A DNA stretch of 33,924 nt from Abditibacteriaceae bacterium (lineage in GTDB: Bacteria; Armatimonadota; Abditibacteriia; Abditibacteriales; Abditibacteriaceae): the NCBI GenBank assembly GCA_031425655.1, contig JANPJS010000279.1:1-33924 (forward strand). The letters run 5' to 3'. The notes under the pieces are model-generated. The model made no database searches, had not been told where the DNA came from, and worked only from the letters and a program-made list of their open reading frames with translations. The translations under genes and the position numbers were made by a program. Shown here in pieces: positions 1 to 8,777 of the stretch. Numbering within the stretch: the stretch's first letter is position 1; every line of letters begins with the position of its first letter.

Positions 1-57
1 TTTTGATCTTTGACAAAATAATCCGCAGATTGAGGATTATTTTGTCAAAGATCAAAA
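1..57. repeat. Perfect AT-rich inverted repeat (24-bp arms, 9-nt loop), possibly truncated by the window edge
   Basis: 1-24 TTTTGATCTTTGACAAAATAATCC is the exact reverse complement of 34-57. Confidence 0.9.
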
Positions 58-163
58 GTCGCCGGGCTAAATCGCCGGGCCGATTAGATTGCAACCCGAT
101 TCCTATCGTGCTGTCTGATGCGATACGGTTATTGACCAAACACTTTGCTGTTTCGCATTCCAG

Positions 164-2698
164 ATGCTCGTTCCTTCGTTTTTCAGGTGCCTTATCAAAT
201 TCATCCAAAACCGCACCGACTTCTGCCCATTTCAGACTCGCCGGTGGGTGCCGATGGCGGGCGCGGCGGTGTTCGGCTCGGTGTTGTTTTCGGGCGTCGT
301 GCTTTATGCGGCCACGGCGCCGCAGACGCGCTACGTGCCGGTGAATTCGGCTCATAAGCCCGCTGATAAAAGCGCGTCCGCAACCAAAGCAGCGGCGGTT
401 AAAGTTGCTCCGGCGGGTCAAGCGAAGGCAACGCCGCTTCAAGCCAAACCAACAAAGACCAAGCCGAGTTTCGAGCGCGATGTGGCGCCGATTATCAAGC
501 AATACTGCCTTGATTGTCATGGCACCGAAGAGCCTGCTGCCGAAATTTCGTTGAATGATCTTAAAACGGCTGCTGTGCTGAAACACCGCGACGTGTGGGA
601 TTTAGTGGCGCAAAACGTGGATTCGGGCCATATGCCGCCCAAGCGCAAACCCGGCCCGACACGCGCGCAGCGAGATCGCTTGGTTGAGTGGATTCAAAGC
701 ACGCTTTCCGCGGTGGACTGCAATATCAAAGACCCCGGTCACGTCACGCTTCATCGCCTGAACCGCGAAGAATACAACAACACCATCCGCGACCTCATCG
801 GCGTGGACTTCAAACCGGCTGCCGATTTTCCCTCGGACGACGTTGGTTACGGCTTCGATAACATCGGCGATGTGCTTTCGATTTCGCCTCTGCTGATGGA
901 AAAGTATCTGAGCGCCGCCGAGCAAATCACCGAAAAAGCCATTGTCGTTCCCGAATCCAAAACAGTGCGTTTCAGCGCCGACCGTCTTAACGGCGATGAC
1001 GACGGCGGCACCGGCGCGAACGTATTGCTTGGCATCACCGGCAGCGAAGCGGCGGTCGAACACGAATTCAAAAAGGACGGCGATTATATTCTGCGCGTCC
1101 GCGCTTTTGGCCAGCAATTCGGGCCAGAGCCGGTGCGAATGGCCATTCGTCTCGATGATAAGCGGTTGCGCCGGGTTGATGTCACGGCTGTCGAAGCGGC
1201 GCCGGCCACCTTTGAAGAACCCATCACAGTGAAGGCCGGCAAGCACAAATTGTCGGTTGTTTACACCAATAATTTCAAAGTAACGGACGCGCCCAACCCC
1301 AAAGATCGCGGCGACCGCAATTTGCTCGTCGAATATATCGAAGTCACCGGCCCGCTTGGCCAGCCGGGCCAGCCGGATTTGCCGGAATCGCACAAGCGCA
1401 TTATTTTCCAAACGCCAACGGAAACTAACCGCGTAGAAACGGCGCGAACCCTTTTGCGTGCCTTCGCGCGCCGCGCTTATCGCCGGCCCGTTTCCGATGC
1501 CGAAGTCGAGCGATTGCTGCGCTATGTGAATCTGGCGCAAAAGGAAGGCGAAGGCTTTGAGCGTGGTATTCAACTGGCTGTGCAGGCCATTTTAGCCTCG
1601 CCGCACTTCCTGTTTCGCGTCGAAACCGACCCGAAGGTCACGGATGGGAAAAAAGTAGGTTTGTTAGACGATTATCAAATCGCCACGCGGCTTTCGTATT
1701 TTCTGTGGAGCAGTATGCCGGACGAGGAATTGTTTGATTGCGCCCAGCGCGGCCTCTTGAAAGACCCGGTCGTGTTGGAACAGCAAGTGCGGCGGATGCT
1801 GAAAGACACCAAAGCGCAGGCTTTGGCCGACAACTTCGCCAGCCAATGGCTGACACTGCGCAACTTGGACACTATCGCGCCCGACCCCGACTATTTTCCC
1901 GCTTTTACCGACGGTTTACGCACCGCGATGCGTCAGGAAACTCAGCTATTTTTTCAAGCCATCGTGCGCGAAGATCGCAGCATTATGGACTTTTTGGATG
2001 CCAAATATTCGTATTTGAATGAGCCTTTGGCTCGCCATTATGGGATTGAGGGCATTAGCGGCAGTGAATTTCGGCGTGTAATTTTCGATGCCAAACAAGC
2101 CGAGCAGCGCGGCGGCTTGCTGACGCAGGCCAGTGTGTTGACGGTGACTTCCAATCCGACGCGCACTTCGCCGGTCAAGCGCGGAAAATGGGTTTTGGAA
2201 ACGATTTTCGGAACGCCGCCACCGCCTCCGCCGCCCGACGTGCCTGAACTCGAAGAACCCAAGCAGGCAAGCACCGCCGCGTCGGTGCGGGAACGCTTGG
2301 AAGAGCATCGTAAAAATCCGGCCTGCGCTTCGTGTCACGCCCGCATGGACCCGATTGGTTTTGGGCTGGAAAACTATGATGCGGTTGGCGCCTGGCGCAC
2401 CCGCGATGGTAAATCGGCGGTGGACTCTTCGGGAACCTTGAGTAGCGGCGAATCATTTCGCGGCGCGGCGCAACTCAAGAATATCTTGAAGTCTAAAAAG
2501 AGCGAATTCGCCACGGCTTTGTCCGCCAAACTGCTCACTTACGCATTGGGTCGAGGGCTGGAATCTTACGACAAGTGCGTAGTTCAGGACATCGCAAAAT
2601 ACGCGACTCAGCAGGATTACCGCTTTTCGGCCTTAATCGTTGCCGTCGCGCAAAGCGACCCCTTCCGCAAGAGGAAGAGTAACGGAGGAAATAAATGA
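164..2698 (+). CDS. DUF1592-family (PSD/PSCyt: DUF1587/1595/1592/1588/1585) exported cytochrome c-like protein; start may be ATG 254
   Basis: CLDCH and CASCH heme motifs; HRLNREEYNNTIRDL, GYGFDN, RLSYFLWSSMPD, TSPVKRGKWVL, DPIGFGLENYDAVGAWR; hydrophobic N-terminus; coupled to the DUF1552 gene. Confidence 0.88.
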   Translation: MLVPSFFRCLIKFIQNRTDFCPFQTRRWVPMAGAAVFGSVLFSGVVLYAATAPQTRYVPVNSAHKPADKSASATKAAAVKVAPAGQAKATPLQAKPTKTKPSFERDVAPIIKQYCLDCHGTEEPAAEISLNDLKTAAVLKHRDVWDLVAQNVDSGHMPPKRKPGPTRAQRDRLVEWIQSTLSAVDCNIKDPGHVTLHRLNREEYNNTIRDLIGVDFKPAADFPSDDVGYGFDNIGDVLSISPLLMEKYLSAAEQITEKAIVVPESKTVRFSADRLNGDDDGGTGANVLLGITGSEAAVEHEFKKDGDYILRVRAFGQQFGPEPVRMAIRLDDKRLRRVDVTAVEAAPATFEEPITVKAGKHKLSVVYTNNFKVTDAPNPKDRGDRNLLVEYIEVTGPLGQPGQPDLPESHKRIIFQTPTETNRVETARTLLRAFARRAYRRPVSDAEVERLLRYVNLAQKEGEGFERGIQLAVQAILASPHFLFRVETDPKVTDGKKVGLLDDYQIATRLSYFLWSSMPDEELFDCAQRGLLKDPVVLEQQVRRMLKDTKAQALADNFASQWLTLRNLDTIAPDPDYFPAFTDGLRTAMRQETQLFFQAIVREDRSIMDFLDAKYSYLNEPLARHYGIEGISGSEFRRVIFDAKQAEQRGGLLTQASVLTVTSNPTRTSPVKRGKWVLETIFGTPPPPPPPDVPELEEPKQASTAASVRERLEEHRKNPACASCHARMDPIGFGLENYDAVGAWRTRDGKSAVDSSGTLSSGESFRGAAQLKNILKSKKSEFATALSAKLLTYALGRGLESYDKCVVQDIAKYATQQDYRFSALIVAVAQSDPFRKRKSNGGNK

Positions 2699-4047
2699 GT
2701 AAACAAATCGCACGACGCACTTTTTTACGCGGTATTGGAACCGCCATGTCTCTCCCGTTGCTGGAAGGAATGCTGCCTTTGCGCGCTCTGGCGCAATCGG
2801 AAAAAGCCGCTGCCGCGGGGAAAATCATCCGGCCCAACCGGATGCTCTTCGTTTTCGTGCCCAACGGAATGCACATGGCCGATTGGACTCCTGCCGGCGA
2901 AGGCGCTTTCGAGTTGCCGTGGATTATGGAGCCGCTCAAAAATGTCAAGAACGACTTGACCATTTTATCGGGCCTGGCGCAGCATAACGCTCACGCTTTG
3001 GGCGACGGCGGCGGCGATCATGCCCGCTCGACGGCGACGTGGCTGACCGGCGTTCATCCCAAGAAAACCGACGGCGCCGACATCAAAGCCGGCGTTTCGG
3101 TAGATCAACTGGCGGCGCAGAAAGTCGGGCAGCTAACGAAGTTTCCGTCGTTAGAAGTCGGCATCGAACGGGGTCGGCAGGCCGGCAGTTGCGACACGGG
3201 TTATAGCTGCGCGTATTCATCGAGCATTTCGTGGCGCTCGGAATCCACGCCGGTCGCCAAAGAAGTCAATCCGCGCCTGGTTTTTGAGCGATTATTCGGC
3301 AACGGCGCCGCGCCGGAAGAAGCCGCCAGCCGCCAGCGCCGCGATCTTTATAACAAGAGCATTCTTGATTTTGTTTTGGAAGACGCCAACAGCTTAAAAG
3401 CCCAGCTTAACGCCCGCGATCAGCGCAAATTAGACGAATATTTCACCGGCGTGCGCGAAATCGAGCAACGCTTGAATCGCGTTGAGCAGGAGCAGAGACA
3501 GGTCGCTCTCATGACCAAGCCGTCCGGCATTCCTCAAGACCCCGGCGAGCATATTCGCCTGATGAGCGACATGGTTATCTTGGCGATGCAGGCTGACTTG
3601 ACGCGCATTTCCACCTTTATGTATGCCAACGACGGCAGCAATCGCAGCTATCGCAACATCGGCATTTCCGAAGGGCATCACGAGATTTCGCATCATGGCC
3701 GCGACCCGGTGAAACAGGAAAAGATTCGCCAGATCAATCGTTTCCACGTCACGCAGCTTGCTTATATGCTGGAGAAAATGAAGTCCATCAAAGAAGGCGA
3801 AGGCACGATGCTCGACAACTCGATGGTCGTCTTCGGCGCCGGCATCAGCGATGGAAACCGCCATAATCACAACGATTTGCCGATTCTATTGGCCGGCGGC
3901 GGTGCCGGCACCATCAAGCCGGGCCGTCACATTCGCTATCACAAGGACACGCCGCTCAACAATCTGTATCTGGCCATGCTCGACCGCGTCGGCGTGCCCG
4001 TAGACAATCTGGGCGACAGCACAGGCCGTTTGGAGCAGTTGTTTTAA
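2695..4047 (+). CDS. DUF1552 (HXXSHH) protein with Tat-like RRTFLRG leader
   Basis: RRTFLRG, FVPNG, GSCDTGYSCAY, P..VFERLFG, HHEISHH; GGAGG SD; 4-nt overlap with the upstream gene; usual partner of DUF1592. Confidence 0.9.
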   Translation: MSKQIARRTFLRGIGTAMSLPLLEGMLPLRALAQSEKAAAAGKIIRPNRMLFVFVPNGMHMADWTPAGEGAFELPWIMEPLKNVKNDLTILSGLAQHNAHALGDGGGDHARSTATWLTGVHPKKTDGADIKAGVSVDQLAAQKVGQLTKFPSLEVGIERGRQAGSCDTGYSCAYSSSISWRSESTPVAKEVNPRLVFERLFGNGAAPEEAASRQRRDLYNKSILDFVLEDANSLKAQLNARDQRKLDEYFTGVREIEQRLNRVEQEQRQVALMTKPSGIPQDPGEHIRLMSDMVILAMQADLTRISTFMYANDGSNRSYRNIGISEGHHEISHHGRDPVKQEKIRQINRFHVTQLAYMLEKMKSIKEGEGTMLDNSMVVFGAGISDGNRHNHNDLPILLAGGGAGTIKPGRHIRYHKDTPLNNLYLAMLDRVGVPVDNLGDSTGRLEQLF

Positions 4048-4114
4048 GCCATTTCGCAGACGAGTCGGGCCTCAAACGGCGGATGGGATCGGGCGTATTA
4101 AAAACCGTTTTGGT

Positions 4115-5011
4115 TTAGGGTTCCAGTGCGGTTTCAGAGGTCAGAAGTTGTGTGAGCAAACTGCCTTTTTCTGGCACCAAAGTGATGCGCGCGGCGCTGT
4201 CGAGGAGCTTTTGCGTTTCTAAAATCTCGAACATGACGTTTACGACTTGTTGGTCTTCCGAAATTTTGTGCAGCGCCGCGCCGACAATCAGCGGGCGCGT
4301 GGCCTGAGCTTTAGCGAATTCAATGGCGGCTTGCCGGTCGGCGGTGCTGGTGATGATGCTGACTTGGTTCGCGCCGTCCTGCTTGATGGCCGAAGTCACT
4401 TGGCGCAGGCGATTGACGACCTTTTCTTCGATTTGGCGGATCATGCCTTCATCGCGGAAATGGACTTTACGAATGTAAACCGAACCAAGTTTGTAACCCC
4501 ATTCGTGAGACTTCGGAGAAACTTCGTGGCGCACGACAAGGCTCATTTTATGGCGGGTTTCCAGCATATCCGCGAGCGGCATATTGCTGAGGCAGCGCAC
4601 CGTCGTATTGCTGACGTTGGCCGCTAAAGAGCCTTGCGGATCGGCGTTTTTGAAGATGTAGGAAACCGGGTCGCTGATATACATTTCATACCAGATGCCG
4701 ATTCCCATCGGAGCGCCTTCTTCAGAGTTCACGGCCTGGCTGCGCAGATATTGCTGATCGAGGCGCATATCTATAACGTGGCAGCGTCCCAACCAGTTGA
4801 CGATCAAGCCGCGTGCGCCGAGTTTGGACCAGAGAAAATACAGTCCCGGCTCGTTGAGAATGGCGATGACTTTCCCAAACAGCACGTAAACATGGCAGCG
4901 ACCTTCTTCAACCACGGTATACACGCCAAACGCGCGTGAAAACGCCGCTAAAATCGGCAGGAAAATGAACATTCCAATGAAAGTGATTAAAAAGCCGGTT
5001 GTAAAGCTCAT
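4115..5011 (-). CDS. SPFH/band-7 domain membrane protein (second of pair)
   Basis: N-terminal TM helix, V-V-E..V.VLFGKV....EPGLYF SPFH-type start, helical C-terminus; ATGA overlap with partner. Confidence 0.8.
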   Translation of the reverse strand: MSFTTGFLITFIGMFIFLPILAAFSRAFGVYTVVEEGRCHVYVLFGKVIAILNEPGLYFLWSKLGARGLIVNWLGRCHVIDMRLDQQYLRSQAVNSEEGAPMGIGIWYEMYISDPVSYIFKNADPQGSLAANVSNTTVRCLSNMPLADMLETRHKMSLVVRHEVSPKSHEWGYKLGSVYIRKVHFRDEGMIRQIEEKVVNRLRQVTSAIKQDGANQVSIITSTADRQAAIEFAKAQATRPLIVGAALHKISEDQQVVNVMFEILETQKLLDSAARITLVPEKGSLLTQLLTSETALEP

Positions 5012-6015
5012 TGTTGGCTCCCCTTGACTTCGAGAATAGCTTGCTGCGCGCGGCTGTAAAGATTGAGTCGGACGTTGCGCAAATAAGCGGGCAGGGCATC
5101 GGGGCCGTTCTTTTTCAGTTCGCCAAGCTGCTCGGCCAGAGCTTGAAGCGGCTCGACTTCGGCATAAGCGTTGAGCGTTTCGATTTCGACCGCGCGCTTC
5201 GACTGCACGATTTTCTGATCCGCCGAGGCCTGAGCCAGGCTAATATCGGAGGAAACGTGGTTGTGAGCGGTGTTGATAGCGGCCAGCGCCGATTCGACTT
5301 CAGGCGGCGGGTCAATCCCCGTTATCAGCGAAGCGTCGAGTGTGATGCCGTAACGCGCCACAGACGACAGACACTCGCGCTCCATGTGTTCGTTCAAGTC
5401 GCGCAGGTTTTTACGCAAATCGTTGATGGAAACGCCGGTCACGACGCTGGCATCCATCGGCTGAGAACCGAGAGGCGCGGTTGGATCGGCGTTGGCGGGC
5501 GCTTCAAAATTGGCGATGCGCTCTCGTAAAACGGAGACAAAGTAGCCCATCACATGAATAATTGGCCGCTTGACGCCGAAAAGATACGCGTATAAATTGC
5601 GCTCGGAAATACGATAGCGAATTTGGCCGTTCAGGCCCGTATTAAGCTGATCTTTGGTGACGGCTTCGAGAACCTGCCCGCCGTTATTGGCCGCCGGATT
5701 TTCCGGGTCGGTAGCCATATTGATGGTCTGGGTGGCAATCGAAACTTTGTAAATGCGCTCCCACGGCCACTTGAAATAAGGGCCGCCGGCGGGAATAACG
5801 CGCACCTGAGGATAAACGTAGCGCTCTTTTTCTTCATCCCGCAAATGCTCGGCAATCGGGTCATCCAAAGTGGTGACGTTCGGGATGCGTTCGGCGCGCC
5901 CGAAGACGGTTTTTACGGCGCGCTCGTTTTGATCAACGGTGTAGAGGCCGGCTAAAAAATATCGCACTAAAAACCATGCGACAAAGCCGAAAATGCTGCC
6001 CAAAATAAAAGACAT
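5008..6015 (-). CDS. SPFH/band-7 domain membrane protein (first of pair)
   Basis: N-terminal TM, YTVDQNERAV..FG, GPYFKWPW, AVTKD, YGITL...ITGIDPPPEVESAL, Ala-rich coiled coil. Confidence 0.85.
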   Translation of the reverse strand: MSFILGSIFGFVAWFLVRYFLAGLYTVDQNERAVKTVFGRAERIPNVTTLDDPIAEHLRDEEKERYVYPQVRVIPAGGPYFKWPWERIYKVSIATQTINMATDPENPAANNGGQVLEAVTKDQLNTGLNGQIRYRISERNLYAYLFGVKRPIIHVMGYFVSVLRERIANFEAPANADPTAPLGSQPMDASVVTGVSINDLRKNLRDLNEHMERECLSSVARYGITLDASLITGIDPPPEVESALAAINTAHNHVSSDISLAQASADQKIVQSKRAVEIETLNAYAEVEPLQALAEQLGELKKNGPDALPAYLRNVRLNLYSRAQQAILEVKGSQQ

Positions 6016-6339
6016 GATGCCAATCTTCCCCGTAAAGCAGAGTGTTTAACAAAATAAAGCATCCGAATCGAAAGTAGTATAACGCTCTGGGCGAATACTC
6101 CCGCTGCCGGAGTTTTCGAACCTCCAACACCCGGCTTTGCCAAGAATCCTGCGCACACAACCATACACCAACTGATGACAACCCTCAAAGCTCCTGGCAA
6201 CGACCTAAAACCACCTTTAGCTCAGAACTTTTCAGAAGTCGGGCTAATGGTTTCCAAGACGATAGAGGCGGATTGCGCGCTCTTTTTGACTTATGCAAGA
6301 AGTCTATTCTCGAATATTATCTGGTGTGCGCTACCGCAC

Positions 6340-6368
6340 TTCCACAGAAAGCGAAACAATGGCATAAT
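6340..6368 (+). promoter_or_regulatory. Putative sigma70 promoter of the 6411 gene
   Basis: TTCCAC-N17-CATAAT with extended -10 TG. Confidence 0.35.
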
Positions 6369-6410
6369 GAGCGTTGGCGTCAACGCCAATCCTCGTTTGT
6401 GAGGCCGTCC

Positions 6411-6800
6411 ATGAAGCAACGCAGAATACGCGCCGTCGTAAAAGTCACTGCCCGTAGAATTCATGCCCGCCGCGCCGAAAAGAAATCGAGCGACCCGGCG
6501 GATAGCGCGACTTACAAGGAGTTCCTCGAACAAGCCGAAGTGTGCCGCGAGCAAGCGCACAACGCGGTGCGACTCAAACGTTTTAAAGCCGCCTGCGGCC
6601 TGTTTTCCACCGCCATCGCGCTGTGCAGCCGCGCCGTGACGATGGGCGGCGAAGCCTGCACCGACGCCAAAGACGCGCTGCGCCAAATGCAAATGGAGCT
6701 GGCGACCTATAGCGAACTTGCGCGCAGTATGGAACGCCCTTTAATGTCGCCGATGCTGCGCGCCGATAGAGGCGAACCGATGGAGCCGCGCTCTTTTTAG
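6411..6800 (+). CDS. Hypothetical 129-aa helical protein (basic N-terminus, TPR/MIT-like helices)
   Basis: GAGG then ATG at 6411 in the 6273..6800 frame; host-like codon usage; followed by a terminator. Confidence 0.6.
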   Translation: MKQRRIRAVVKVTARRIHARRAEKKSSDPADSATYKEFLEQAEVCREQAHNAVRLKRFKAACGLFSTAIALCSRAVTMGGEACTDAKDALRQMQMELATYSELARSMERPLMSPMLRADRGEPMEPRSF

Positions 6801-6846
6801 AACTTCCGCTTTTTGAAACAGCGACTTCGTCACTCGCTGCCTCCTG

Positions 6847-6891
6847 ACAACAACGCCCGAAGCGAATCGCTTCGGGCGTTGTTGTTTTTTG
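6847..6891 (+). terminator. Intrinsic terminator between the 6411 gene and convergent rtcB
   Basis: 18-bp perfect stem ACAACAACGCCCGAAGCG/CGCTTCGGGCGTTGTTGT running into a T-tract. Confidence 0.8.
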
Positions 6892-6917
6892 CTATACGCA
6901 GAGCGGTTCCCGTTGTA

Positions 6918-6950
6918 ATCGAGCATCAAGAATCGAGCATCAAGCATCAA
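6918..6950. repeat. Heptamer tandem (ATCRAGM) x~4.5 overlapping the rtcB stop
   Basis: ATCGAGC ATCAAGA ATCGAGC ATCAAGC ATCAA. Confidence 0.7.
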
Positions 6951-8383
6951 ATCTGGCCCGGCTCGTCGGCCATGCGCACAATGCGCGGCATGAAGCGCGC
7001 GACGACTTCGACCAAGTCGTTTTGCGCCGCTAAAACACTTTCGATGTCTTTGTAAGCTTGGGGCGCCTCATCCAAGCTGCCGCCTAACAAAGTCACGCCG
7101 CGCTCTTGCAAATAGCGGTCGCGCATCAAATGAGTCAGCGAGTTGATCGCGGCTTTGCGGCCCATTTTGCGGCCCGCGCCGTGCGAGGCCGAGTTGATCG
7201 AACTTCCCACGCCTTTGCCGCGAACGACGTAGCCGGGATCGCCCATTGAGCCGGGAATCACGCCGAAAACGCCATGCCCCGCTGGAGTCGCGCCCTTGCG
7301 GTGCGTGACGACCGGCGTGCCGTCGCTTAGCGTTTCCTTCCACGCGAAGTTGTGGTGATTTTCGACTCTTGCGACTTCTTCCACGCCCGCCGCTTTGGCC
7401 ACGCGTTGATGAATAATGGCATGGTTTGCCGAAGCGAAGCGGCCTGCCAACTCCATCGAAAGCCAGTATTCCTGACCCGGTTCGCTCTCCAGCGGGAGCC
7501 ACGCAAGATGACGAACCGCGTTTTCCAGAGTCGGATGCAAGTTCATGGCAATGCGCGAGTATTCGTTGGCGATTTTCATCCCGACAGCGCGCGAGCCGGA
7601 GTGCGACAGCAGCGCCAGATATTTGCCCGGCTTGAGCTTCAATTCCGGCGTGTATTGCAGCACTTCGATTTCGCCCCACTCGACAAAGTGATTGCCGCTG
7701 CCCGATGAACCAAGCTGCTCCATCGCTTTGAACTGCAAGCCGCGCAGTAGCTTGGTCGCTTTCCACGCCGGGTCGTCCAAAACTTCGTGAACCGGGCGGT
7801 CGTTTTTCTCCCACGCCGAGCCGACGCCAAAGCGCGTTTGCTCACGCAAAGCCCGCTCGAATTGCGTCTTTTTCTGGCCCATGACGTGCGGCGAAAGGTC
7901 GTAAACCGACAACCTCATGCGACAAGCGATGTCCACACCGACTGCGTAAGGAATGACAGCTTCGCTGGTCGCCAAAACGCCGCCGATGGGCAAACCGTAG
8001 CCGACGTGCGCGTCCGGCATCAGCGCGCCGGCTGCCGCGACCGGCAAACGCATCGCGTTGCGCATTTGCACCAGAGCGCCTTCGTCAATGCCTTCCGCGC
8101 CCCAGATTGGAAATTCCAGCGGCTCCGGGCGCAGCGCGCTTTGAATTTTGTCCATCTCCACCGATGTGCGGCGCAGCATCTCGCGCGCCACGTCGCCCAG
8201 TGTTGGATCGGCCAAAAATTCGCCCGGCGCGGCCAAAACTGCGTCTAACTTTTGCAAAGCGGCATCGCGCTCGGCGCCCAAAGCCATCAATTTCGTGCCG
8301 GCGTCTTTCGCCAGCCCGATGACCTTGCCTTCAGCCCAACCGCGCTGCTTGAGCATTTTTCCTGTGATTATTTTCTCGTCCAT
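6947..8383 (-). CDS. rtcB: RtcB RNA 2',3'-cyclic/3'-phosphate-5'-OH ligase with N-terminal extension
   Basis: MPDAHVGYGLPIGG, VGVDIAC, LGSSGSGNHFVE, HSGSR, NHHNFAW, HRKGATPA, IPGSMG, SHGAGR, DEAPQAYK; GAGGA SD before ATG 8383. Confidence 0.96.
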   Translation of the reverse strand: MDEKIITGKMLKQRGWAEGKVIGLAKDAGTKLMALGAERDAALQKLDAVLAAPGEFLADPTLGDVAREMLRRTSVEMDKIQSALRPEPLEFPIWGAEGIDEGALVQMRNAMRLPVAAAGALMPDAHVGYGLPIGGVLATSEAVIPYAVGVDIACRMRLSVYDLSPHVMGQKKTQFERALREQTRFGVGSAWEKNDRPVHEVLDDPAWKATKLLRGLQFKAMEQLGSSGSGNHFVEWGEIEVLQYTPELKLKPGKYLALLSHSGSRAVGMKIANEYSRIAMNLHPTLENAVRHLAWLPLESEPGQEYWLSMELAGRFASANHAIIHQRVAKAAGVEEVARVENHHNFAWKETLSDGTPVVTHRKGATPAGHGVFGVIPGSMGDPGYVVRGKGVGSSINSASHGAGRKMGRKAAINSLTHLMRDRYLQERGVTLLGGSLDEAPQAYKDIESVLAAQNDLVEVVARFMPRIVRMADEPGQI

Positions 8384-8393
8384 GATTCCTCGT

Positions 8394-8487
8394 TTAACCG
8401 CCAAGACACCAAGAGCGCCAAGAAGAAAAAGAGGTTTGAGAAGTTTTCACTTCAATCTCTTGGCGCACTTGGCGTCTTGGCGGTTAA
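8394..8487. repeat. Palindromic mini-element with 9-nt periodic arms, in the rtcB leader
   Basis: TTAACCGCCAAGACACCAAGAGCGCCAAGA ... TCTTGGCGCACTTGGCGTCTTGGCGGTTAA; TTAA at both ends; related to 24304-24362. Confidence 0.85.
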
Positions 8488-8525
8488 TAAAAAAGGCGCG
8501 GGTGTCGAAAGCGACACCCGCGCCT
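8487..8525 (-). terminator. Intrinsic terminator upstream of rtcB (putative attenuator)
   Basis: Minus strand AGGCGCGGGTGTCG-CTTT-CGACACCCGCGCCT then TTTTTAT; U-tract only in the rtcB direction. Confidence 0.88.
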
Positions 8526-8568
8526 GAATGGTGAAAACAGTTCACCAAAGCAGATCGAAATTGGCTGG

Positions 8569-8664
8569 TCAGGGAAAGCGTTTTCCGAGATGCGCCAATT
8601 GCAAACGGGGCCGCGCATGAAGATGCGGAGCAAATCTGGGTAAATAACTGTGATTGAATTCCAT
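8569..8664 (-). CDS. 31-aa leader ORF MEFNHSYLPRFAPHLHARPRLQLAHLGKRFP (not in the ORF track)
   Basis: GGAGGT SD 6 nt before ATG 8664; ends CCC-TGA; lies between the promoter and the terminator. Confidence 0.7.
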   Translation of the reverse strand: MEFNHSYLPRFAPHLHARPRLQLAHLGKRFP

Positions 8665-8709
8665 GCGTGAACCTCCCTCAAAATTGGCCGTCCGGAGCGG
8701 CGGACACTC

Positions 8710-8738
8710 AATATAACGAGTGCCAAGCGATTTGTCAA
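8710..8738 (-). promoter_or_regulatory. Near-consensus sigma70 promoter for leader/rtcB
   Basis: TTGACA (8738-8733), 17-nt spacer, TATATT (8715-8710). Confidence 0.8.
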
Positions 8739-8777
8739 CAAAAATTATTACTGTAATTGTTCTCTTTAGAATTCGTT

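Noticed and set aside
8526..8703. tRNA-like or Y RNA next to rtcB
   Set aside because: No cloverleaf, T-loop or Ro-binding stem recognised and no Ro60/TROVE gene in the window; an Rfam search would be needed to exclude it fully.
8715..8727. TGGCAC as a sigma54 -24 box for rtcB
   Set aside because: No TTGC at the -12 position; the sigma70 boxes fit much better.
8484..8741. 85-aa minus-strand ORF from the track
   Set aside because: It starts inside the -35 box without an SD and runs through the terminator; the 31-aa ORF in another frame has the SD.
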